From the NCBI GenBank assembly GCA_030066085.1, contig JASJCI010000022.1, positions 6,644-70,643 on the forward strand: a DNA stretch of 64,000 nucleotides. The letters are read 5' to 3'. How positions within the stretch are numbered: position 1 is the stretch's first letter; each line of letters starts with the position of its first letter. Origin of the DNA: Gammaproteobacteria bacterium (GTDB taxonomy: Bacteria > Pseudomonadota > Gammaproteobacteria > GCA-001735895). The translations under genes were made by a program, and so were the position numbers. Below, one piece after another: positions 41,094 through 52,009 of the stretch. The notes under the pieces were generated by a model. The model was not told the DNA's origin, searched no databases, and saw only the letters and a program-made list of their open reading frames with translations.

Positions 41094-41814
41094 CGCCGCT
41101 CATGTGCGCGACATGGGAGCCTTCCCAGTAGATCTTGCCGCAGTCCGGACAACGGTAAAAGGACTCGTAGAAACGCCGGGTCAGCGGCTCGAGACTGGAC
41201 CAGACCGTTTCGCGGTCGACGCTTTCGATCAGGCCGTTACACTCGAGGCAGCGCCGCAGGGGATCGACCTGGCCGGCCAGGTCGAGGCGCGCAACGACTT
41301 CGCACAGCTGGGTATCCGGATCGTCCGAGCGCACCCAGTAGCCGTGGCTTACCGCCTTGCGGAACAGCAGGCGCCGGTCGCGGGTCAGGATGATGCGCCG
41401 CTCGCGGCGCGCGATATCGACGATTTCACGATCCTCGAAACGATTACCGTAGCAGGTGTCGAAGCCGAGCATACGCAGCCGCCGCGCGAGCTTGCCGAGG
41501 TTGACATCGACCATGAAGCGCGTGACCCGCAGCGGCCGGGGCCGCAGGTGCTGCAGCGATGAGATATCGAAGCTCTCGAACAGCGGGTAGACCGCGATCC
41601 GCTCGCCGTCACCGAGCGGGTGGTAAAACCCCACCGAGAGGCCGTCGACCAGCACCAGGTCGACCTCGCTGTGCGGCACGCCGAGAGTTTCGATCGGGTC
41701 CTTGACGGCAGGGTTGCCATCGAAACGGTACTCGAGGGTTTTACCGCGGTCGGCGGGTTCGAGAAAATCGTTCAATTCCTCGTAAAAGCGAAAACTGGCG
41801 AGCTTCGGCTTCAT
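41065..41814 (-). CDS. Mut7-C RNase domain protein with N-terminal ubiquitin-like domain
   Basis: FRFYEELNDFL...GVPHSEVD; DVNLGKLARRLRMLGFD, ILTRDR, RCLECNG...CPDCGKIYWEGSH. Confidence 0.92.
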   Translation of the reverse strand: MKPKLASFRFYEELNDFLEPADRGKTLEYRFDGNPAVKDPIETLGVPHSEVDLVLVDGLSVGFYHPLGDGERIAVYPLFESFDISSLQHLRPRPLRVTRFMVDVNLGKLARRLRMLGFDTCYGNRFEDREIVDIARRERRIILTRDRRLLFRKAVSHGYWVRSDDPDTQLCEVVARLDLAGQVDPLRRCLECNGLIESVDRETVWSSLEPLTRRFYESFYRCPDCGKIYWEGSHVAHMSGAIRRLVERS

Positions 41815-41945
41815 GTCAATGTCGGTTGCCGCCCGGGTACGGTGCTGCGGTCGAGTCTAGCAAGGTTTCACCGGCGCTCCCAGACGGCCAGCGCGGCCGC
41901 ATGGCTGGCCAGGCCGATGGCGTTGTGCTAAAAATCACCGTCGCT

Positions 41946-42515
41946 ATGAGCCACGACACCTTCGCAGAAAACCAGCGCCGCTGCAGCCTGGCCGATGACG
42001 ACCAGGCCTGGCTGTTCGGCTACGGCTCGCTGATTTACCTGGTCGATTTCCCCTACCTGGATTCGCGCCCGGCGAGCATTCGCGGCTGGAGCCGACGCTT
42101 CTGGCAGGGATCGCACGATCACCGCGGTACGCCCGCGCACCCCGGTCGCGTGGTCACGCTGATCGAGGATGCCGAGGCCGTGTGCGGCGGTGTTGCCTTC
42201 CTGGTCGAAGCACCGGTATTCAGGCAGCTCGATCAGCGCGAAAAGAACGGCTACCTGCGGGTCGAGACCGAAATGACGTTTGCCGACGGGTCGCAGGCTA
42301 GCGGCCTCACTTATCTCGCGACGCCGGAAAACGAGGCCTGGCTGGGCCCGGCCAGCGAACTCGAAATCGCACGCCATATCTGTGGCGCGCGCGGCCCCAG
42401 CGGCGAAAACACGGATTACCTGCTCGACCTGGCGCACTCGCTGAGGGCACTGGAGCTCGACGATCCGCACGTATTCGCGATCGAAGCGCATATCCGCGAC
42501 CTGCAACGGGCCTGA
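41946..42515 (+). CDS. ChaC-like gamma-glutamylcyclotransferase
   Basis: WLFGYGSLI, RRFWQGSHDHRGTP..PGRVVTL, REKNGY, GPSGENTDYL. Confidence 0.92.
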   Translation: MSHDTFAENQRRCSLADDDQAWLFGYGSLIYLVDFPYLDSRPASIRGWSRRFWQGSHDHRGTPAHPGRVVTLIEDAEAVCGGVAFLVEAPVFRQLDQREKNGYLRVETEMTFADGSQASGLTYLATPENEAWLGPASELEIARHICGARGPSGENTDYLLDLAHSLRALELDDPHVFAIEAHIRDLQRA

Positions 42516-42627
42516 AACAACCGGCCATCGGCTTTTGTCGGGTTAGCCATCGAAAAATATCCATGGCCTCGCACCCGGCCCGGGCCTATGCTTGCTGCAT
42601 TCCCAGGCAGGCCGAGGCAACCGACGC

Positions 42628-43602
42628 ATGACCGATTTCACCCGCAGCGCGCCCGTCGAGCACAGCGATCTGCTGCCGACCGTGCTGGTAGTGATGTCCT
42701 GCGTCTGCTTCGGCAGCATCCCGTTTTTCGCGCGCTCGCTGACCGATGCCGGCATGGCCTCCTACGCGGTCGCTTTTTGCCGCTACGGCCTGTCGGCACT
42801 GATCCTGCTGCCGATCTGGCTGGGCCTGCCCCGCCAGCACTGGCCGGTGGTTCTGTGGGGAGCCTGTTCGGGTATCGGCGTCGGCCTGGGCTGGATCGGC
42901 TTCGTGTACGCGTTGAAGACCGTGCCGGTCGCCAACGTCGGCGTGCTCTACATGACTTACCCGGTGTTTACCCTGCTGATCGGCTGGGCCTGGTTTCGCG
43001 ACCTGCCGTCGAAGCGCGCGATCAGCGGTGCGCTGATGGTCATCGTCGCCGCCCTGCTGGCCAGCTCACCGGCCGCGATCGAACCGCACCACCTGCCGGC
43101 GATGCTGATATCGCTGAGCGCACCGATTACTTTCGGCCTGGCGATCAACATCCTGATCCACAAGCTGACGCCGATTTCGCCGCTGCAGCGGGTGGCATCG
43201 TTTTCCCTGGGATCGTCGCTGGCCCTGTTGCCACTGCTTCTGACCTCGGACGCGGTCGAGGTGCTGCCGCAGAATCCCGCGCACTGGTGGCTGGTCATCG
43301 GTCTTGCGCTCGGCACCGCGCTGATACCGCAGCTGGTTTACTCGGCCTTCGCGCCGCGGATCGGCGCGGCGCGCTCGGCCGTAGCCGGCGCGGTGGAGCT
43401 GCCGACCATGTTCCTGGTCGGCTGGCTGGTATTCGTGGAGTCCATCGGCTGGGTGCAGTGGCTGGCCTGCCTGCTGATCACGCTGGCGATCGTGATCACG
43501 CCGGCGCGCGGAGCGCGCAACCTGTCGACCCAGATCGTGCTGCCGGGCTCGCCGCCGGCAAAATCGAACCAGCGCCTGTCCGACGTCTGGTTCGACGACT
43601 GA
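42628..43602 (+). CDS. DMT/EamA family transporter
   Basis: 10 hydrophobic segments in two EamA repeats, YMTYPVFT. Confidence 0.85.
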   Translation: MTDFTRSAPVEHSDLLPTVLVVMSCVCFGSIPFFARSLTDAGMASYAVAFCRYGLSALILLPIWLGLPRQHWPVVLWGACSGIGVGLGWIGFVYALKTVPVANVGVLYMTYPVFTLLIGWAWFRDLPSKRAISGALMVIVAALLASSPAAIEPHHLPAMLISLSAPITFGLAINILIHKLTPISPLQRVASFSLGSSLALLPLLLTSDAVEVLPQNPAHWWLVIGLALGTALIPQLVYSAFAPRIGAARSAVAGAVELPTMFLVGWLVFVESIGWVQWLACLLITLAIVITPARGARNLSTQIVLPGSPPAKSNQRLSDVWFDD

Positions 43603-43705
43603 CCGCAGCGGGTCGAGCGTCACGAGCGAAGAGCAGCACGAGGCATTGCGCTCGGCGGCGGCGCCTCGTCCGCGGCTGGAATTGATTTAAACGTGGGAGC
43701 CGGAC

Positions 43706-44014
43706 CTACTTCAGGCTGTCGATATAGTCGGCGATATTGTCGATGTCGGCATCGCTGAGCCCCGCCGCCATCGCGTTCATGACGGGATGTTTGCGGGCGC
43801 CGCTGCGGTAGTCGGTCAGGTTCTGGCGAATGAACGCCGCGTCCCGACCCTTGAGCGTCGGGTTGGCTTCCACCGCGCTGACCCCGCCGACGCCGTGGCA
43901 GCCGATACAGCCGCGCGCGGCATAAGCCGTCTGGCCGGCCGCCACATCGGCTCGCAACGCTCCGTTCGACAGGCAGGTTACGGCGACACAAAGGCTGAGC
44001 AGGTACTTCTTCAA
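43706..44014 (-). CDS. Small monoheme class I cytochrome c (c553/c554-like)
   Basis: Signal peptide, CIGCH, PTLKG, HPVM axial Met; TTG start with GGAG RBS. Confidence 0.9.
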   Translation of the reverse strand: MKKYLLSLCVAVTCLSNGALRADVAAGQTAYAARGCIGCHGVGGVSAVEANPTLKGRDAAFIRQNLTDYRSGARKHPVMNAMAAGLSDADIDNIADYIDSLK

Positions 44015-44117
44015 CGCGATCTCCCGGGTGGTATTCTCGCAGGTCACAACGGATAATGACGCAGCATTGTTGCAAAGCCACCCGTTGAAGTAAAGCGCGT
44101 CCAGGAGGCCCGAAGCC

Positions 44118-44702
44118 GTGCTCGAGAACCCGTCCGCATACAATCGAAAAATTCGCGCCGACCTCGCGATCGAGTACGAAGGCCTGCGTTTCGCCACCAC
44201 CTGGGGCCTGTTTTCACCGCGCGCCATCGACGACGGGTCGCGCCTGCTGCTGGACTACCTCGAACTCGAGACCGACAGCAACTGCCTCGACCTGGGCTGC
44301 GGCTACGGCGTGCTCGGGCTGGTGATGGCGCGGCGCGCGCCGGGCGGCCACACGCTGCTGGTGGACAAGGACTTCGTTGCCGTGGATTACGCCGAGAAAA
44401 ACCGTCGCGCCAACCGCATCGACAACGCCAGCTGCCTGCTCTCCAACGGTTTCGCGCAGGTACCGCCGCAGCAGTTCGACGTAATCGTTTCCAACATACC
44501 GGCCAAGGTTGGCAAGGAAATGCTCTACATCTACCTGTTCGACGCGCTCGAGTACCTGCGCCCGGGCGGTTCGTTCTACATCGTCACGATCACCGGGCTG
44601 CGGCAATTCTTCAAGCGCGGTTTCAGCGAGGTTTTCGGCCACTACGAAAAGATCAAGCAGGGCAAGACCTATACCGTTGCCCGCGGTATCAAGCAGTCCT
44701 GA
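44118..44702 (+). CDS. Small class I SAM methyltransferase (RsmC/MTS-like)
   Basis: GLFSPRAIDDGSRLLL, LDLGCGYGVLG, IVSNIP. Confidence 0.88.
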   Translation: MLENPSAYNRKIRADLAIEYEGLRFATTWGLFSPRAIDDGSRLLLDYLELETDSNCLDLGCGYGVLGLVMARRAPGGHTLLVDKDFVAVDYAEKNRRANRIDNASCLLSNGFAQVPPQQFDVIVSNIPAKVGKEMLYIYLFDALEYLRPGGSFYIVTITGLRQFFKRGFSEVFGHYEKIKQGKTYTVARGIKQS

Positions 44703-44743
44703 TTCTTTACCCTCGCGGGCTCGCGTCCCGGCGAGAACCCGCG

Positions 44744-45874
44744 TTATCGGCGCAGATGCGATTTGATCCTGTCGAGGAGTTCGAGGGCCTCGTCGACGCT
44801 GTCGCCGAGGCAGTTGACGTGACCCATCTTGCGCCCCGGGCGTGCCTCTTTTTTGCCGTAGAGGTGCAGCTTTGCCCGCGGCTCGGCAAGCACCCTGCCC
44901 CAGTCCGGAATCGAGTCGTCGGGCCAGGTATCGCCGAGCAGGTTCCACATCGCCACCGGGCCATGTTGGCCGCAGTCGCCGGCCGGCAGGCCGCAGACCA
45001 TGCGCACCTGCTGCTCGAACTGCGACGTCGCGCAGGCGTCCAGCGTATAGTGCCCCGAATTGTGCGGGCGCGGCGCCATTTCGTTGACCAGGATACGGCC
45101 GTCGCTGGAGACGAAAAACTCGACCGCGAGGACGCCGCAGTAATCGAGGCCGTCGGCAATGCGTTGCGCGGCCTCGATCGCTTCCGCCGCCAGCGCGGGT
45201 TCGATCGCGGCCGGTGCGAAGCTGACATCGAGAATACCGCCGGCATGGCTGTTTTGCGCGATCGGGAAACAGTCGACCTCGCCGGCTTGCGAACGCGCCA
45301 GCACCACCGACACCTCGCAGGCCAGCTCGATGCGCTGCTCGAGCACGCAAGCCTTGCCCCCGAGCGATTCGAACGCGGGCGCCAGCGCGGCGTAATCGTC
45401 ACAGGGCACCTGGCCCTTGCCGTCGTACCCGAGTTGCGCCGTTTTCAGGATCGCGGGAAACGGGAAGCCGCCTGCCGCGGCCAGGTCCGCTTCGCTTTCG
45501 AGCGCGAGATACTCGGCGGTAGCGAGTCCCTGCGCGCGAAAAAAATCCTTCTCCAGCCGGCGGTGCTGCGCGGTGCGCAGGGCATCGGCGGATGGATGTA
45601 CCGCCACGCTGGCGGCCAGGTAAGCCACGCTGTCAGCGGGTATGTTTTCGAACTCGGTTGTTATCACGGCACAGTGCGTCGCCATGTGATCGAGCGCTTC
45701 GCGGTCGTCGTAGGCGCGCGCGAGATGCTCGCTGGCGAGACCACCGGCGGGGCTGGTCGGATCCGGGTCGAGCACGATCACGTCGTAACCGAGGGTGCGC
45801 GCCGCCACCACGAACATGCGGCCGAGCTGGCCGCCGCCGAGCATACCGAGCGTTGCACCGGGCAGAATCGCCAT
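44744..45874 (-). CDS. purK: N5-CAIR synthase
   Basis: GGGQLGRM, TEFEN, GYDGKGQ, NEMAPRPHNSGH, HLYGK..ARPGRKMGH. Confidence 0.97.
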   Translation of the reverse strand: MAILPGATLGMLGGGQLGRMFVVAARTLGYDVIVLDPDPTSPAGGLASEHLARAYDDREALDHMATHCAVITTEFENIPADSVAYLAASVAVHPSADALRTAQHRRLEKDFFRAQGLATAEYLALESEADLAAAGGFPFPAILKTAQLGYDGKGQVPCDDYAALAPAFESLGGKACVLEQRIELACEVSVVLARSQAGEVDCFPIAQNSHAGGILDVSFAPAAIEPALAAEAIEAAQRIADGLDYCGVLAVEFFVSSDGRILVNEMAPRPHNSGHYTLDACATSQFEQQVRMVCGLPAGDCGQHGPVAMWNLLGDTWPDDSIPDWGRVLAEPRAKLHLYGKKEARPGRKMGHVNCLGDSVDEALELLDRIKSHLRR

Positions 45875-45875
45875 G

Positions 45876-46370
45876 TCAGTTTGCGGGCGGCAGGGTTGCA
45901 GCGAGCACCGCGTCGCGCTGGCGGCTGCGAAAATCGTCCAGCGACCGCGCCAGTGCAGGATCCTGGTTGGCGAGCAGGGCAACCGCGAACAGCGCCGCGT
46001 TGATCGCGCCGGATTTGCCGATCGCGAAGGTGGCGACCGGGATACCCTTGGGCATCTGCACGATCGAGTAGAGCGAATCCTGGCCACGCAGGTGCTCGCT
46101 GGCAACCGGTACGCCGAGCACGGGTAGCCGGGTGTGGGCGGCCAGCATCCCCGGCAGGTGCGCGGCACCACCGGCGCCGGCGATGATACACTGAAAGCCG
46201 GCGTCGGCCGCCGCCTTGGCGAATTCAGCCAGCAGCTCCGGCGTGCGATGCGCCGAGACCACGCGCGCCTCGTACTCGACGCCGAAACCCTCGAGGGTGT
46301 CGACCGCGTGTTCCATCGTCGGCCAGTCGCTGCTGCTGCCCATTACCACTGCCACTTTTGCCCGTGCCAT
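45876..46370 (-). CDS. purE: N5-CAIR mutase
   Basis: [37 protein letters not shown]. Confidence 0.98.
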   Translation of the reverse strand: MARAKVAVVMGSSSDWPTMEHAVDTLEGFGVEYEARVVSAHRTPELLAEFAKAAADAGFQCIIAGAGGAAHLPGMLAAHTRLPVLGVPVASEHLRGQDSLYSIVQMPKGIPVATFAIGKSGAINAALFAVALLANQDPALARSLDDFRSRQRDAVLAATLPPAN

Positions 46371-46580
46371 GGCTCGCTCCGGGGGATGCCCCAAAAAAGC
46401 GGGCGATTATAACGCGAAAAGAACGAACCCGTATATGCCGCCGGTCTTCTACCCTGGACCAAGACAAGTTCATCGTGACGAACAACGGTGGAAGATAGCG
46501 GTGTAAAAAATGCAGCGTCGAATGACGATTCCGGATCGGCGCATGGTAACATTCGCCGCTTGTTGCCGCTGACGCCGACC

Positions 46581-47465
46581 ATGACCGACACCGCCATCCT
46601 CAAGTCCCACATCGAACGGCTCGACCTGATCGCGCGCGGCAAGGTGCGCGACATCTACGCCATCGACGACGCGCACATGCTGATCGTCGCCACCGATCGC
46701 CTGTCCGCGTTCGACGTCGTGTTCGACGAACCGGTGCCGGGCAAGGGCGCGCTGCTGACCGAGGTATCCAACTTCTGGTTTGCGCGCACGGCCGACATCG
46801 TCACTAATCACCTGACCGATCTCGACCTGCGCGACTACGTCTCCGCGGCGGAGTACGAGCAGCTGCGCGATCGCTCGATCATCGTGCGCCGCCTGCAGAC
46901 CCTGCCGGTGGAGGCAATCGTGCGCGGTTACGTGATCGGCTCGGGCTGGAAGGACTACCGGGCAACCGGCGCGATCTGCGGCATCGAGCTGCCACCGGAC
47001 CTGCCGCAGGCCGGCCAGCTGCCGGAGCCCATCTTCACGCCGTCGACCAAGGCCGAGGTCGGCGATCACGACGAAAACGTCAGCTTCGACTCGGTGGCCG
47101 ACAGGATCGGCCGTGACGTCGCCGAGCAGGTACGCCGCATCAGCATCGCGCTCTACCGCCGCGCCGCCGACCACGCGCGCGAGCGCGGCATCATCATCGC
47201 CGATACCAAGTTCGAGTTCGGCCTCGACAGCGATGGCGGGCTGGTGCTGATCGATGAAATCCTGACGCCGGATTCGTCGCGCTACTGGCCGGCCGACGAG
47301 TATCGCACCGGCATCAGTCCGCCGAGTTTCGACAAGCAGTTCGTGCGCGACTACCTCGAGACGCTGGACTGGGACAAGACGCCGCCACCACCACCGTTGC
47401 CGCCGGAAATCATCGAGCGTACGCGCGCGAAATACCAGCAGGTGCGCGATATCCTGCTCGGCTGA
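46581..47465 (+). CDS. purC: SAICAR synthase
   Basis: [49 protein letters not shown]. Confidence 0.97.
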   Translation: MTDTAILKSHIERLDLIARGKVRDIYAIDDAHMLIVATDRLSAFDVVFDEPVPGKGALLTEVSNFWFARTADIVTNHLTDLDLRDYVSAAEYEQLRDRSIIVRRLQTLPVEAIVRGYVIGSGWKDYRATGAICGIELPPDLPQAGQLPEPIFTPSTKAEVGDHDENVSFDSVADRIGRDVAEQVRRISIALYRRAADHARERGIIIADTKFEFGLDSDGGLVLIDEILTPDSSRYWPADEYRTGISPPSFDKQFVRDYLETLDWDKTPPPPPLPPEIIERTRAKYQQVRDILLG

Positions 47466-47536
47466 AACCCCGGCCAGGCACGACCCGGAACAAATACTGC
47501 TAGAATTCCGCCAGCCTCACTAGCGGAATCCCAGCC

Positions 47537-48151
47537 ATGTTCAGATCCATCGGCACCACCCTCATCACCGGTTTCTTCACCATCGTGCCGGTCATCCTGA
47601 CGGTATACCTGCTCTACTGGGGCGCGGTCACGTCCGAGGAGGTCATGGGCGACCTGTTACGCAAGCTGTTGCCCGACGTCTTTTACTTCCCCGGACTCGG
47701 CACCCTGGCCGGGCTGGTGATCGTGTTTCTCGTCGGCCTGCTGATGAAAGCGGTGCTGGTGCGCCAGGTATTCGCCGTCGGCGAAAATATCATCTACCAC
47801 CTGCCGATCATCAAGACCGTCTACAGCGCGATTCGCGACCTGTTCGATTTTTTCTCGCCGAAAAAGGACAGCTTTGGCCGCGTGGTCATCGTCTGTCTCG
47901 GTGAGGTCGAAATTATCGGCTTCGTCACCCAGGAAGACCCGGACCGCCTGCCCGAAGCGTTTCGCGGCGAAGACACCGTGCTGGTCTACCTGCCGATGAG
48001 CTACATGATCGGCGGCTACACCCTGCTGGTGCCGCAGTCCGCCATCCGCCCGTGCAACATGAGCATGGATGAAGCCATGCGCTTCGCGCTGACCGCGGGG
48101 ATCACCGGTAAAAAAGTACCGCAGGGCAAGGCGCGGGTGAAAACCGCATGA
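47537..48151 (+). CDS. DUF502 family membrane protein
   Basis: Two TMs, LPIIKTVYSAIRD, IGFVT, VYLPMSYMIGGY. Confidence 0.85.
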   Translation: MFRSIGTTLITGFFTIVPVILTVYLLYWGAVTSEEVMGDLLRKLLPDVFYFPGLGTLAGLVIVFLVGLLMKAVLVRQVFAVGENIIYHLPIIKTVYSAIRDLFDFFSPKKDSFGRVVIVCLGEVEIIGFVTQEDPDRLPEAFRGEDTVLVYLPMSYMIGGYTLLVPQSAIRPCNMSMDEAMRFALTAGITGKKVPQGKARVKTA

Positions 48152-49134
48152 AGGCGATGACCCTGGCGGCTCCGGGGCAGCCGCTCGAGCAGGCGGAACT
48201 GCCGGATCCGCAACCCGGCCCGGGGCAGCTGCAGGTACGCGTATCCGCCTGCGGCGTCTGCCGCACCGACCTGCACGTGGTCGACGGTGACCTGACCGAG
48301 GCGAAGCTGCCGATCGTGCCCGGCCACGAAATCGTCGGCCGGGTCAGCGCGCTCGGTGACGGCGTCGACGGCTTCGAGCTTGGCCAGCGGGTCGGTATCC
48401 CGTGGCTCGGGCATACCTGCGGTACCTGCCCCTATTGCAAACAGGGTGCGGAAAACCTGTGCGACGCGCCGGGTTTTACCGGTTACCAGATCGACGGCGG
48501 TTATGCCGAACTGACCGTGGCCGACGCCGACTACTGTTTTGCGCTCGGCGAGGACGGCGACGATGCGGCGCTGGCGCCGCTGCTCTGTGCCGGCCTGATC
48601 GGCTATCGCTCGCTGGTCATGGCCGGCGAGGACGCGCGCCGACTGGGCATCTACGGCTTCGGCGCGGCGGCGCACATCGTCACCCAGGTCGCCGCCTGGC
48701 AAGGTCGCGAAATCTATGCGTTTACCAGCCCCGGCGACCGTGCCGCGCAGGATTTCGCGCGTTCGATGGGCGCCGCCTGGGCGGGTGGGTCCGACGAGTC
48801 CTCACCGGCGGAACTCGACGCGGCGATCATCTTCGCGCCGGTCGGCGCACTGGTGCCGGCCGCTTTGCGCGCGTTGCGCAAGGGCGGCGTGCTGGTGTGC
48901 GGCGGTATCCACATGTCGGATATTCCCGCCTTCCCGTACCGCGACCTGTGGGGCGAACGCGTGATTCGTTCGGTGGCCAACCTGACGCGCCAGGACGCGA
49001 TCGATTTCCTTGCGCTGGCGCCGCGCGTACCGGTACGTACCGAGGTGGTCGCGTATCCGCTGGCGCGGGCCAACGAGGCGCTCGCCGACCTGCGCAGCGG
49101 CCGCCTGACCGGCGCCGCGGTGCTGATCCCCTGA
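48148..49134 (+). CDS. Zinc-dependent alcohol dehydrogenase (AdhP-like)
   Basis: CRTDLH, PGHEIVG, C-x2-C-x2-C-x7-C, LLCAGLIGYR, GIYGFGAAAH. Confidence 0.92.
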   Translation: MKAMTLAAPGQPLEQAELPDPQPGPGQLQVRVSACGVCRTDLHVVDGDLTEAKLPIVPGHEIVGRVSALGDGVDGFELGQRVGIPWLGHTCGTCPYCKQGAENLCDAPGFTGYQIDGGYAELTVADADYCFALGEDGDDAALAPLLCAGLIGYRSLVMAGEDARRLGIYGFGAAAHIVTQVAAWQGREIYAFTSPGDRAAQDFARSMGAAWAGGSDESSPAELDAAIIFAPVGALVPAALRALRKGGVLVCGGIHMSDIPAFPYRDLWGERVIRSVANLTRQDAIDFLALAPRVPVRTEVVAYPLARANEALADLRSGRLTGAAVLIP

Positions 49135-49218
49135 ATTTATCGCGAACTCGCCGCGCGGCGGCTCCTGCTGCCAGGCCGATAACCGACCGGCAAACGGCGG
49201 CGACGGGATCCTGGCCGC

Positions 49219-50706
49219 CTAGCGCGGCGCCAGTTCGAGCGCGTCCAGTGCGTCGACGATCGGAATCACGTAATTGATGTTTTTCGAGCCGCCGTCGCGC
49301 GTGAAAAGCCCGGCCACGGTAATACCGATGACGTTACCCGAACTGTTGAACACCGGACCGCCGGAATTGCCCGGGTTGACCGCCGCATCGGTCTGGTAAT
49401 AGGGTCGCTCGTCGAGCGTCCGCCGCGCCGAGACGATACCGCGCGTGATCGAGAAATCGAGGCTTTCGTCGAGCGGCGTACCGACGACGTAGATTTCCTC
49501 GCCGAGGCGCACCTGGCCGGTATCGATCTGCAGCGGTTTCGTTTTGACGCTGCCTTTGAGCTTCAGCAGCGCGACATCCCGCCCGGGGTGACTGCGCACC
49601 ACCACGGCACGGCGTTGCTGCCCGCCATGGATCACGATGACTTCTCGATTCTGCCCGACAACGTGCTGATTGGTCAGCACGTAGCCCGGCGATGACACCA
49701 GGAAACCGCTGCCGTGGCCGCCGGCCGTGCGCACGGTTACCGCCGCTTTTTCGATCTCGGCGGTCCTGGCAACGAAACTCGATTTCGCGCTGCCGCGCCT
49801 GATATCGATGTCGTCGAGCGCTTCTCCCGCGTCGCTGTAACCGGTTTCGAGCATGCGGCTCGTGGTCAGCAGCGCAGCAAACTCCGGTTGCGCAAGCAGG
49901 TTCTCGGTAGCCTGGCGAAACGCGAGCCCGGCACTGACCGCGGCGCCGTTGAAGCGGGCGGATTTCTTGAAACTGTTTTCCACGCCCTCGGTGGTGGCCT
50001 CGAACACCGTCTGGCGCGCGAGGTTGTCGAACACCTTCCACTCGACCTTGAGGTAGGTCGCGTTCTGGGTAAAGGTCCGCAGGTTGGGCGCGCTGCGGCT
50101 GCCGCAGTGCGACAGGCGGATATCGGTGATCACGGCGGCGAGACTCAGGTCGTTGCCGCCGACCTGTTCCATGGCGAAGGTCCTGTCGCCGGCGACGGCG
50201 TAGCCGTTGTCCTCGAAAGCCTCGTCGAAGTGCTGCTTGAACTCGGTCTGCCTGGCAATGTACCTGGCGTTGTTGAGCGTCAGCTTACCCTGCAGGATGC
50301 ACGGGAAAGGTGTCGCCGGCGCCTTGTCGCTCTGGCGCAGGCGCTCCGCCTTTTTACCGGCTTCGCGAGTGTACTTGTAGGTTTGTCCGAGCGCCGCTTC
50401 GGCTTCGGCATCACCCTGGTAATCGAGCGATATGTGCTCGAGCAAAACTGTTCTCGATTGCTCGGCGGCAGCCTTGCGAATGGGCTCGAGCCGTTGCACG
50501 CTCGGAAAACGATGCGCCGAGACGGGCTTGTTTTTCTTGACATTGACGACCTTGGCCTCGCCGCCAGCACCCGGCGGCGGCTTGTCGGAAAAATGTACCT
50601 TGCCGTTTTCATCGGTCCACTTGTACAGCTCCGCCTGCAAGGCCGGTGCGGCCAGCAGCGTCATAGCCAGCAGCGTCAAGGAGGTGTAGCGAGCCCGTGT
50701 TTGCAT
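49219..50706 (-). CDS. Exported trypsin-like serine protease with N-terminal DUF4124
   Basis: YKWTDENGKVHFSDKPP; GSGF, TNQHVV, DVALLK, NPGNSGGP catalytic triad; no PDZ domain. Confidence 0.88.
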   Translation of the reverse strand: MQTRARYTSLTLLAMTLLAAPALQAELYKWTDENGKVHFSDKPPPGAGGEAKVVNVKKNKPVSAHRFPSVQRLEPIRKAAAEQSRTVLLEHISLDYQGDAEAEAALGQTYKYTREAGKKAERLRQSDKAPATPFPCILQGKLTLNNARYIARQTEFKQHFDEAFEDNGYAVAGDRTFAMEQVGGNDLSLAAVITDIRLSHCGSRSAPNLRTFTQNATYLKVEWKVFDNLARQTVFEATTEGVENSFKKSARFNGAAVSAGLAFRQATENLLAQPEFAALLTTSRMLETGYSDAGEALDDIDIRRGSAKSSFVARTAEIEKAAVTVRTAGGHGSGFLVSSPGYVLTNQHVVGQNREVIVIHGGQQRRAVVVRSHPGRDVALLKLKGSVKTKPLQIDTGQVRLGEEIYVVGTPLDESLDFSITRGIVSARRTLDERPYYQTDAAVNPGNSGGPVFNSSGNVIGITVAGLFTRDGGSKNINYVIPIVDALDALELAPR

Positions 50707-50829
50707 AATCGATCGTTTGCCCTGTACCGGCTGCGCTTGCGCGGGGTTTCAACTCGACCCCGGCAGCTCCGGCGATAAAAAAAGTATAGTCAAACGGCGC
50801 GAAATTGCGCCCGCGGGGCAAGCCGGCGG

Positions 50830-52008
50830 TCAGAAATAGTAAGCCAGTTCCAGCAACAGGAAGTCGTCGTGCTCGAAGGCCGCGAGCACGTCGTCGCCGT
50901 CGATATTGGAGAAGGTCTGCAATTCGAGGATGGCCTTCCAGCTAGCGCCGAAACGGCGGCTGCCCTCGACGCGGAAACTGCGGCTGCCCTTGTCGACGTC
51001 GACGATCAGGCCGGCGAGGATTTCGCTGGACTGCTGGTCGTTGAAAGTGAAGCGAGTAGCGACAAAAACATCGCGGTCGAAGGCGCCGCGGTCGTTCTCG
51101 GGCCGGTCGTCGTGCGAATACTCGAGCAGCAGGCCGAGGTCCAGGTCGGATTCGTAAACCCCGTACAGGGTGTATTCGAATCCCCCGACCGCGGCGTTGA
51201 AGTCATTCGAACGGGCATTGCGGTGGATGTATTCGAGCTTGTAGATCCAGTCCTGGTAAATCAGCTGCGCGTCGAGGCCGAACTGCGTCATCTGCTCGTA
51301 AAACGGGATCAGCACCGCCTTGCCGCCAGCATCGGTCCCCGGCAGCAGCAGTGGATCGCGGCTGGTGCCGTCGAACAGCGACAGCCCCAGGTCGAGGTCA
51401 CCGTAGGTCTGCGAGAAACGCAGGGCGAAATCGACGTGCGCGTCCTCGTCCGAGGATTCGTACTCGGCCTGGTCGGTGTCGACCACCAGCGGCGGGCGCA
51501 GCCGGCCCTCGGCTTCCTGGAAGGTGCGTTCGCGAAAGCCCGGCAGCACCAGCAAGTCGAGCACGCCCCAGTCCTGGTAGCGCTTCCAGTGCAGCATCGG
51601 CTGGCCGAGTTTCTCCTCGCGGTCGATACCCTCGACCAGGTCGACCTGGTTGATCACGTCGACCAGGTGCTGCGATTCGGTCACGCCCCAGAACATGGTG
51701 TTGACGCCGACGCGCCACTCGTTGTCGCCGTCGATGCGCAGCCACAGCAGCTCGCGCAGGTCGGCGTGCTCACGACCGGCATCTTTATTGTCGGCGCGCA
51801 GGAAAAGCTCGACGCTCCAGAGGTCGTTGCCGTCGTTCCACTCGCCGTTCCAGCGTGGTTCGAAGGAGAAGGTTACGTTGTCGTCGAACTGCCCGTCGAA
51901 CTGCGCAGACTCGGTGTAGGTCTGGGTCTCGACCGCGACGTTACCGGAAAACCCGGCCTGTGCCAGGCTCGCGAACGGCAGCAGGCAGGTACAGGCGAGT
52001 CGCCGCAC
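50830..52008 (-). CDS. Putative outer-membrane beta-barrel protein (DUF1302-like)
   Basis: Signal peptide, alternating beta-strand pattern, FWGVTESQHLVDVINQ, C-terminal LELAYYF beta-signal. Confidence 0.75.
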   Translation of the reverse strand: MRRLACTCLLPFASLAQAGFSGNVAVETQTYTESAQFDGQFDDNVTFSFEPRWNGEWNDGNDLWSVELFLRADNKDAGREHADLRELLWLRIDGDNEWRVGVNTMFWGVTESQHLVDVINQVDLVEGIDREEKLGQPMLHWKRYQDWGVLDLLVLPGFRERTFQEAEGRLRPPLVVDTDQAEYESSDEDAHVDFALRFSQTYGDLDLGLSLFDGTSRDPLLLPGTDAGGKAVLIPFYEQMTQFGLDAQLIYQDWIYKLEYIHRNARSNDFNAAVGGFEYTLYGVYESDLDLGLLLEYSHDDRPENDRGAFDRDVFVATRFTFNDQQSSEILAGLIVDVDKGSRSFRVEGSRRFGASWKAILELQTFSNIDGDDVLAAFEHDDFLLLELAYYF

Positions 52009-52009
52009 G

